Below the pieces are notes generated by a model, which was given only the letters and a program-made list of their open reading frames with translations, was not told the DNA's origin and did not search any database. A stretch of 64,000 nucleotides of DNA. Source: Eledone cirrhosa (lineage: Eukaryota). The stretch's first letter is position 1, and every line of letters starts with the position of its first letter. The translations under genes and the position numbers were made by a program. Shown here in pieces: positions 53,702 through 64,000 of the stretch. Location: contig OZ024747.1 of the NCBI GenBank assembly GCA_964016885.1, forward strand, positions 49,662,001 to 49,726,000, given 5' to 3'.

Positions 53702-54082
53702 CTAAGGCGGGTAAAATTCCCGAGATCCATGGACGAGTTCTCTCCAGCGGTCTCTGTCCCTCATTATCGCTGCCATGTCCTGCGTCTCCAACAGACCAGT
53801 GTCTGTCCTTAGGGCATCAACATACATTAACCTTGGTCTTCCTCTTCTAGTGTGTCCATGTAGGGGCTCCCACAGGAGCACTGAGTGCAATGTCAACTCT
53901 GGATGTCGGTGAGCATGTCCAGCCAACCTCAGTCTCCTCTGTGTCACTTTTGAGCTGACTTTTGGGATGCTCCCATACAGATCTGAGTTTTTCATCCTCA
54001 GTGTATACTGATTAATGTTCAGAGCCATCCTCAGCATTCTCGTGTAGCACCCATCCACCATCTGAGTGAGTTTCTTGGTCAG
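53702..54082 (-). mobile_element. RTE 3' fragment (same family as 14340-14725)
   Basis: Near-identical DGCYTRMLR...EFYPP*. Confidence 0.9.
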
Positions 54083-54179
54083 TATATATCTATATATCTA
54101 TATATATATCTATATATATACAGGTTGTGGAGAGAGAGTTGAAGTTTTTTATGACAGGATAGTGAGTTGCATAATATAT

Positions 54180-55432
54180 AGATTTCTTTATTAGCCACAA
54201 GGGCGCAACAAGAAAGGGGACAATACAAAGACATGCCGGGGATTTTACATACAGTCGTGTAAAAAATATAAAAACAAACAATTTCAACAATCGAAATAAT
54301 CCCCAATAGGGGGGAGGCGCCACAAATGGGTTGTTTAATACCCCGTCGATAGAACAACCCTCAACTCGAGGAGCGTGTTGTGCAAGTGCTCCTTTCTTCC
54401 TTTTGCTCTCTTCCTCAACCTACAGGCTTATAAACAGAGAAGGCCCAATCACTCGGGCCATTTTCGCTTCATTCACCCACCTTTCAGTAAATTTACTGGG
54501 GTGCAGTGCCTCTCTCTCCACCCTGATTCTCCTTCTAAAGTGATACTTAAAGAAGGGAATCAATTGTTGTCCGGAGAGAAAGGCATCTGTCCTCAGTCCT
54601 CTCAACCTCGTCCACCATATAACTTCTTTCACCATAGCCACCGTACAGAGGAAAACCGCCTCTCTTTCGTTTTTGAAAGAGTCTGGCGGTTTGATACTTA
54701 CTATGGACTCGGCAGTCAACTGTATTTGTCCCATACGCGACAGCAGTTGTTCTGCATAGTTCCACAGGTCGCTTACGCCCGGGCAGTGTACAATTGCGTG
54801 CAGAACTGTTTCAATGTCCTGCGCACATCTTGGACACGTCCTCTTGGAAGGATCCCTGCCAGGGCGTCCGTGCCTGTAGATCTTGTCACGAACCGGTAGA
54901 GCTCCTCGGTAGCACTGCCAGGCCAGGGACCTCTGGAAGTTGTCCATAGGTCCCAGGCGGAAAGTCCTACCAAACAGACTGGTGAGCTCATCGTCTTCGA
55001 CGCCCAGAGTCTCTCCAAGCACGTCGTCACCCTTGTAACGTACAATCCCTCTATAGAATGTCGAAGTGGAGTCTCCACTGATTGCTGCGCCCGCTTGCCA
55101 GAGGACTGTGAGCGCCTGAGCGCATTCAATGTGCCAGGCGCCCATCGTTTTCGGTCTTTTCTTCACCCAGGACTGCAGCTCCGTTAGCGAGACGAGCTGT
55201 GGGAAAGCCTGTCTCACAAACGGTGCCCACACCGGTTGGGGGTCGGTGAGGAATACCTGGAGATGCCGCAGCCTCAGCGCATGTTTGCGCATCATTAGCC
55301 ACGGCATTCCCAGCCCTCCGTTGGAAGGGTGCTGACAGCAGACGGATCTCCTCACCAGCGGAGCCTGCTTCTTCCACAGAAACTGGAAGAGCATGCGTTT
55401 CATCTTGGCGAGGTGTTCACGGGGACAAGGAG
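54180..55432 (-). mobile_element. Tx1/L1-clade LINE 3' part
   Basis: 327-aa open frame with FLW, GGLGMP, LPVR and CCHC zinc knuckle CPRC-x8-H-x4-C; 3' UTR with AATAAA. Confidence 0.9.
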
Positions 55433-55964
55433 TTGCATAATATATACCGGAGTAATTGGTGTTATATACAGAGTTGTCTGCTATTTAGTTGGTGTTGTAT
55501 ATTGAGAGTATATTAGAATGTCTATATTATTTAATTATTTTAATTGTATAAGATAAGAGATCAAACAAGGGGTTTATTGACAGTATATAGGTTAGTGTGG
55601 TCTTTTAATTAAGGTGTAGTCCTATATTTATGAAGATCTAATTGGATAAATTTAAAGGTGGTGGTCTATATATATTAAGAAATACGCATATTGATCATTT
55701 TTAAAGTGACATACTTCAAATCTTATTTCTTTTGTGACTCAACCTGTAGTCAGTTTGATATTCTATGAAATAATATATATATATATATATATATATAAAT
55801 ATAATATATATATCATTTGCTGTATAGCTTTAGTTAGATGATATATATATATCTGTTGCCGTATTGATTTAATTTGATATATGAACCACCACCACCACCA
55901 CCACCAAAACAGTACACATATATACACATGTGCATATGCATATATAAATACAAGGAGGGATATC

Positions 55965-56095
55965 AATCTTACAGAGATAGTGCTCTTCTCAATACGTGTG
56001 CAGTACCAGTCAAAACAATTTTTTTGCACCTCGTGCAGAGAGGGTAAACCAGGAATCATTCGCAAATATTTTTCTGTTCCTTTCTTGATCATTCC

Positions 56096-56098
<3 letters not shown>
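55965..56098 (-). mobile_element. R4/Dong-like retrotransposon C-terminal fragment
   Basis: GMIKKGTEKYLRMIPGLPSLHEVQK then (frameshift) IVLTGTARVLRRALS; starts directly at an (AAT)n tract. Confidence 0.7.
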
Positions 56099-56133
<35 letters not shown>

Positions 56134-56219
56134 TTGCCTTTCATCCTTACGGGGTCGATAAAATAAAGTACCAGTAATGCACTGGGTAATTTGCTGGCCT
56201 TGTGCCAAAAGTAGAAACA

Positions 56220-56269
<50 letters not shown>

Positions 56270-56804
56270 GGGCTGTGGAAAGGCATAATCGGTAGAGCAT
56301 CAGACAACATGCTTTGCAGCAGCATAGAGTTACAACCCTTTATATTCTGAGTTCAAATCCTGCTGGGGTTAGCTTTGCCTTCCATCCTTATGAAGTCAAT
56401 AAAATAAAGCAGCAGTAATGCACTGGGGTCGATTTAATTGACTCCCCCCCCCTTCAAATTGCTGGCCTTGTGCTAAAAGTAGAAACAATTATTATTATTA
56501 TCATTATTAACAATGATACTATAAATAATATCACTGTTATTAATAAAGACTGTGGGGGAAAAAACCCCACCACCTTGGTATCTAACCTTTCCAGGAGCTG
56601 AAATAAAAAGCGACAAAAAAAAAAAAATATAGTTTTCAATAGTTTTCAGAGAAAGAGGGAATTATTGATTATTGGGAGAGGAAGATGGAAGGAAAGAAGG
56701 AAGGATATAAATTGTTGCTGAAGGATATGTTGAGAGAATATTAATGTTGTGTAGAGCAAGGAGGACTGTAGAAAACTGCAGACTATATTTCAATTTGTTT
56801 TTTG

Positions 56805-57732
56805 GACATCATCAACATCATCATCATCAACACCACCATTGCCCTCATCATCATCATCATCATTATCAATACCACCATTACCTCCACCACTGCCCTCATC
56901 ACCATCACCTCCACCACAGCTACCATCACCACCACCACCACCACCACCACCACCACCACCACCACCACAACCACAACCACCACTGTCATCACCATCACCA
57001 CCACCTCCACCACCATCATCATCATCATCATCATCACTACCACCACTACCACCATCACCACCACCGACTTCATCATCATCACCCTTATATTCTTCAACAT
57101 CAGCATCATGATCACTATGACTACCACTACCACCACCATCACCACCGCCACCAGCATCGTCACCACCACCATCATCACCACCACCAGCATCACCACCACC
57201 ACCACCACCATCATCACCACCACCATCATCACCATCACCATCACTGACCTCATCATCATCATCACCCTTATATTCTTCAACATCAGCATCATGATCACTA
57301 TGACTACCACTACCACCACCATCACCACCGTCACCAGCATCGTCACCACCACCATCATCACCACCACCAGCATCACCACCACCACCATCATCACCATGAC
57401 CATCATCACCATCACCACCACCATCACCACCACCACCATCACCACCACCACCACCCCTACCATCACTATTACCACAACCACCACCACCACCACCACCAGC
57501 ATCACCACCACCACCATCATCACCATGACCATCATCACCATCACCACCATCACCACCACCACCATCATCACCACCATCACCACCATCACCACCACCACCA
57601 CCCCTACCATCACTATCACCACCACCACCACCACCACCACCACCACCACCACCACCACCACCACCACCACCACCACCACCGCCACCACCATCATCACCAC
57701 CATCCCCACCGCCACCACCACCATCATCACCC
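56805..57732. repeat. (CAC/CAT)n microsatellite with an internal ~180-bp duplication
   Basis: CCCTTATATTCTTCAACATCAGCATCATGATCACTATGAC occurs at ~57082 and ~57265. Confidence 0.95.
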
Positions 57733-57829
57733 TATTTGAATAGTATTCTCTCAAGCATAAATATGTTTTGAAAATATGTTTTTGACTTTTGAAAAAATTG
57801 AATAGCTTTAAGCCTCTCATTAGGAATCC

Positions 57830-57878
<49 letters not shown>

Positions 57879-57884
<6 letters not shown>

Positions 57885-58116
57885 TATGTATACTATATTT
57901 GGTAATATACCGTATGCTTAATTAAAAACATTTAGAAGGCCATACGCTATCAGTTTTAAAGTAGTGACTATGTCACTTACTTATTCTCGGCAAATAACAA
58001 CAGGCCGAGAATAAGTAAGTGACATAGTCACTACTTTAAAACTGATAACGAATGGTCTTCTAAATGTTTTTAATTAAGCATACGGTATATTACCAAATAT
58101 AGTATACATACATTCA
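57879..58116. repeat. Fold-back palindrome, ~113-bp arms, 12-nt loop
   Basis: Arms are reverse complements with ~3 mismatches. Confidence 0.95.
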
Positions 58117-58146
58117 TGTATACATTGCTATTTCAGAGCACCAATA

Positions 58147-58186
<40 letters not shown>

Positions 58187-58270
58187 AAAGTTTTATTTAA
58201 AATTGTTGGGTTACAACGAGTAAATATTTTATAACTGATATAAAGCACTCAACAAGTTTTGGAGTAGATA

Positions 58271-58620
58271 TACGATATTAAACAAATGGAAACTATATTT
58301 ATAAAACCATATTTATTTCATTATACATATTTCAGGGATACCATATTAAAATTTTTCTTTACATACATTTATTCCTTCTCTCCGTCTTTCTTTCTAACTG
58401 TGCTTAACACTAAATATTTACAAACATTTCACTACCAAACCAACTTTTTAAATGGAAGTTGATCAATATTTATGGTACGTCAAATTTATTTATAAAACTG
58501 CTTATATATTGTATTTTATCTGAAGAAGGCACGCCATATTTTTAATATGGTATCCCTGAAATATGTATAATGAAATAAATATGGTTTTATAAATATAGTT
58601 TCCATTTGTTTAATATCGTA
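58271..58620 (+). mobile_element. Short Penelope-type terminal-repeat element with inverted arms and hammerhead-like motif
   Basis: ~80-bp inverted repeats at 58271-58351 and 58540-58620; CTGAAGA AGG...CCT GAAA at 58520-58561. Confidence 0.55.
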
Positions 58621-58647
58621 TATATATATATATATATTATATATATA

Positions 58648-59526
58648 CGAGGTGTGTCAGAAAAGTTCCAGGACTGATGTCACAACAGATTTATTTCAAA
58701 CCCAAACTTCACACTAAGAGTTTTCTCCTTCAAAGTAATCCCTCTGGAGTATGTAACTGTAATCTTAGCTCTCTGCAGCGATCAAACTTTTTTCTTCATA
58801 ATTTTATATACATGTCCTCTGTTTCAGGTCGTCAAGCAATGAGCATAGAGCAACGAACAAACTTGAAAACTCCATCAGAAGCACTGGGATTGCTACAGCA
58901 AGTGTATGGAGATGAGACGATGTCATGCTCACGTGTTTTTGAGTGGTGTAAGAGGTTTAAAGAAGGACGCGAGGACGTGGAAGATGACCCCAGGAGCGGA
59001 AGGCCCTCAACAACCAGGACTGCGGTCAACGTTGAGCGCGTCAGATCGTCGGCTGACTGTTCGACTGATGGCAAATGAGCTGGGCATGAATTGGGACAGC
59101 ATCTGGAAGGTTCTCACTGAAGATTTGGGCATGCGGAAAGTCTGCGCGAAGATGGTGCCAAAACTGGTGAACGATGACCAGAAGGGTCGACGCATGCAAG
59201 TGGGCCAGGACATCTTCGAGCGTCTTGAAACCGAACCAGACTTGCTAGGGACAGTCATCACCGGTGGTGGGTCATGGATCTTCGAGTACGACCCGGAGGG
59301 GACTTGTTTTGAAGACGTGGACGACATCAATAAGGCTGTGACGACGGAACTGCGGAGGATCCCGGAAGAATCCTTCCAGGAGTGCATGCAAGCGTGGCAG
59401 AAACGGATGGAAAAGTGCATTAGACTCCAGGGGAATTACTTTGAAGGAGAAAACTCTTAGTGGGAAGTTTGAGTTTGAAATAAATCTTTTGTGACATCAG
59501 TCCTGGAACTTTTCTGACACACCTCG
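58648..59526 (+). mobile_element. Internally deleted mariner with long TIRs
   Basis: TA-CGAGGTGTGTCAGAAAAGTTCC termini; transposase EQR, WCKRFKEGREDVEDDPRSGRP, CAKMVPK, ITGGGSW, GNYFE; most of the catalytic domain is missing. Confidence 0.95.
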
Positions 59527-59558
59527 TATATATATGTGTGTGTGTATATCTATATCTA

Positions 59559-59636
<78 letters not shown>

Positions 59637-59755
59637 TACATACTTGTGTATATGTACACATAAGCATGCCACCAGAGAATGTTAAATGATGATGATGATA
59701 TATATATTCATTCTTACATGCATACTTATACATGCAAACACAGAGACACACACAT

Positions 59756-59810
<55 letters not shown>

Positions 59811-60114
59811 CATCATTGATCATATATATGCACTTATGCAAATGTATGGAAGATATTTGGGAGAAACAGCAAACATATCTGATGATACAACATTTACAAG
59901 AGGTAAGTTAGACGTGATAATATCATCAACAATATCTCACTAAAACATATTTACTTGCAGAATTATCAAATATCATGAAATCTCCAATTTATCTAAGCAA
60001 TGGCATGAAATTTCTTTCTTTTCTTTTTCACTTGCAGCTAACCATTTCAATAGAATTTCTCTTACTTATACGAATATAAACATTAAGAAACAGATAGAGA
60101 GGGTACATTCCAAA

Positions 60115-60196
<82 letters not shown>

Positions 60197-60554
60197 CTCT
60201 CTAGCCCACTAAATATTAACACTTCGAATATTTAATACTGCCGGCACTAGTATCGAGCACCTTTGGCATACGATACTTGGCAAATAACTATATGCTCCCC
60301 TTTTTTTCTCTTTCTCGATACGTAAATACTCTATATATATATATATATATATATCATCATCATCATTATCATCGCTACCATCATCATCGTCATCATTGTC
60401 ATTATCACCATTACAGAGTGTACTGGGTGTATTTTATCGTGGTACAAGCTCTACCACTTTATAGAGTATATTGGGTATATTTTATTGTAGCACCAGCACC
60501 AGCACTTACGGAGACTAGTGGGTGCACTATCTCATGACACCAGTACTATATATA

Positions 60555-61128
60555 TCCCAGTACAACCTGTCCCATGGTCGGGTCGTCGGCGACTAAACTG
60601 GCAACCCCACCAAGGTTTCTTGGTGAGGAGGGTGACTTTGGACATCCTGCAGGACTAAAAACAAAACCTGTCAAAGGGCAAAGGAGCTCTTAAGAGTCAA
60701 TGGCCATCCAAAATCACCGGGAGAGATGACCCCTTAGCCTTTGTCAAGGCAGAATTCTAGGAGAAGGAAAACTCTGATATAACACCTGCAACCCTGATGG
60801 TATCCAATGATGTTGACTTGTTCTTCTTTTTGGTAAATATCATCTTGGTTAAGAGAGTGGGACTGGCTTTGTGCAGTGCCTTTGCTCACTATAAAAGCTC
60901 CACGGCACAGGCATTGCTTTATATCTGGAGATCTCTCTGCACTTGTCGTCACATGGTACCATGGGCCCAGCACTATGTGTCAATAATTGTCACAAGTGTA
61001 GTGTTTCTACCAGAGTTTTCAAGTCGCTGGCTGGACTAAAAAGTCACACTCGTTCAGCGCATCGGTAGGGGTTCTCCTACATGGATATAAAGTAGTGGCC
61101 GTACTCGAAAACGAGTTGGCAGCCACCA
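60555..61128 (+). mobile_element. Bipartite non-autonomous RTE derivative
   Basis: Copy of 23490-24035; ends with hairpin GTGGC..CTCGAAAACGAG..GCCAC. Confidence 0.7.
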
Positions 61129-61159
61129 TATATATATATATATATATATAAAAAATCAT

Positions 61160-61824
<665 letters not shown>

Positions 61825-61939
61825 TACTAAAACTCTGTGATTGTGTGCTTGTCTGTAATTTAATACACCCAAATAATATAATGGGAAAATACTTTGACAG
61901 GAAGTTGACCCTGAAATGGGAATACAAATGGAATAAAAC

Positions 61940-62134
61940 AAGTTTCACGTAAATCAGAGCACCGGTTCTCAAGATACAGGGTTTTTCCGGGTACCTTCAT
62001 AAATAGCCAACAGCGCTGTGATAACCAGTCAGATCTCTAGCGCACTGACTGTTGTGTTCCATTTCTGAAAAGCCTTAGTGCAGTCAAGTTAAAGACAAAC
62101 AGGAAGAGATCCCGCTTTGCTGTGTATAGTAAGT
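61940..62134 (+). promoter_or_regulatory. Candidate core promoter and non-coding first exon
   Basis: GGGTTTTTCC (61979-61988), CATAAATA (61998-62005), TGATAA (62019-62024), Inr-like CAGTCAG (~62026-62032), donor GTAAGT (62129). Confidence 0.4.
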
Positions 62135-62678
62135 ATTTATATTTTAGCTTTATTTAAGCACACAATATTTTAGTTATTTAAAAATTATTTTTAAGTGAAC
62201 ATGATTATGTGTGTGTGTATAGACTTCTGTCCGCAACAGAAAGTTACTGCTATTTCTAGCAATAGAAATACCGTAAGAGTTTGTGATTTAGTTTTAGGGG
62301 CCCATGGCAGACAAGACAGAATATATATAAGACATAGAATATATATATATATTTATGAATATAAATATATAGTCATCATCATCATATGTGTGTGTGTATA
62401 GACTTTTGTCTACAACAGAAAGTGACTGCTGTTTCTAGCAATAGAAATACCGTAAGAGTTTGTGATATAGTTTTAGGGGTCATTGTTATTTAAGTCAACA
62501 AGTTGATGTTGTTTTTAAAGGTGTTAATAGCCCAAATATCACCAGAAAGATTGGCCGGAGACAGAAAGATTGACCATGTGACAAACTGGCAAATTTCATA
62601 GAGAGAGAGAGAGAGTGGGAAAGATAGAGAGAGAGAGAGATAGTGGTTGAGAGAGAGTAGATTGGAAGAGAGACATAA

Positions 62679-62762
<84 letters not shown>

Positions 62763-63639
62763 GGACAGAGAAGGAAAATAGATGAGAGAGAGATCTGGTG
62801 GTGTTGTTGAATGAAATTATAACAGGTGACTTCAAAGAATCCAACACAGTATTACTGTATCTAACCCGAATTTGATGACTGAATATTAAGTCATATGTAT
62901 CATATAACTTGTGTTAGGACAAGATGTGTGTGGCAAATATTTCCTGCTTAATAGGAAGGGTTTCTAAGTATGTGTGTATATGTATGTGGTTGTATATATA
63001 TGTGTGTGTGTGTGTCTGTGACCAGTGTATATAGATCACAGACACCTATATATATATATATATAACGAAACATACACCCCAATCCACTATATATATATAA
63101 CCAAATATACACCCCGATCCACTACCCCTACCCTATCCACCCTATCCTCCCACTCCCACCAACACCACCCTCTCTCTGTAAAGTTGGTATCACAACATCC
63201 AGTCCAAATAAATGAGATAATGAGATCGAGATCGTGTAGGTGTCACGACAAAAAACACAGTCCACACTGTAATGTGACCATGTAGGTAACACGGTAAAAA
63301 GTTCCCAGTTCCACACTGTAAATGTGGTTGGTGTTAGGAAGGGCATCCAGCCGTAGAAAACCTGCCAGATAGTCCTATATGAATGAGACACGGTCACCCG
63401 ACCAACCTTGCCTCAAGTGGGACAACTCCCGTCTAACCCATGCTAGCATGGAAGATGGACGTTAAACGAAGATGATGATGATGATATATATATAAATAAA
63501 TATAAATATATATATACACACACACATATATATATATATGGGCCTTCCAATTTCCTTTTACATTATATACATGTCTGTGTATATTTTAATTATTTAAAAA
63601 TTATTTTTAAGTGAACATGATTTTTAAAAAATATTTTAA

Positions 63640-64000
63640 TGCGAAATTTTGACAATTTACTGTGGCAATTTCTGTCAACTTCTTCCGGTAGTGAAACGGG
63701 GAAATGACGCGGACATGGAAAACACATGCATTAAAAAATGCTACCTATGGCAAAGCATCAAAAAATTTCAGTTGAAGACAAACATGCAATTAAGTGAGGA
63801 AGGAGGAGACTATTCACATTTCTATTGGATATTGGAGAAGATAAGATCCCCAAAAATGCAAATGAGGAAATTATTTTGCCAAAAGGTATGGTTCTCCAAG
63901 CAACAACTATGGAAGATTGCATTGACTTTATCTACCTCTCATTCGACAATCCAGCTGATTGTCCTCTCAATGAAATGTAGTACCTCTTAGTACCTCTTAA
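63640..64000 (+). mobile_element. Helitron PIF1-like helicase fragment
   Basis: GNFCQLLPVVKRG (GDFRQ.LPV type), CIKKCYLW, LKTNMQL. Confidence 0.85.

Noticed and set aside
56744-57820. His-, Thr-, Val- or Pro-rich ORFs
   Set aside because: Translations of (CAC)n; no splice or domain support.

Overview
AT-rich, repeat-saturated animal genomic DNA. The SINE/RTE inventory and very high microsatellite load suggest an octopus or other coleoid cephalopod (inference). No complete host gene is visible. The best host signal is a probable first coding exon on the minus strand (11390-11452) with a housekeeping-type promoter, plus two other promoter-like islands (~16.5 kb, ~62 kb). The rest is decayed mobile DNA: RTE LINEs (one near full length), Penelope-like elements, Tx1/L1, HERO and R4/Dong fragments, Helitron pieces, Tc1/mariner elements and MITEs, tRNA-derived SINEs, a 51-bp satellite, minisatellites and microsatellites. 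Most notable observations: (1) about 8 hammerhead-ribozyme-like motifs, some with non-canonical cores (CCGAUGA, CAGAAGA) and covarying stems, tied to Penelope ends and fold-back mini-elements; (2) a C4HC3 PHD finger inserted inside the RTE reverse transcriptase; (3) tandem covarying pseudoknot-like modules in RTE/SINE tails; (4) recurrent ~100-bp fold-back duplications anchored on (TA)n. All structures were folded by eye, and coordinates of degenerate repeats are approximate.
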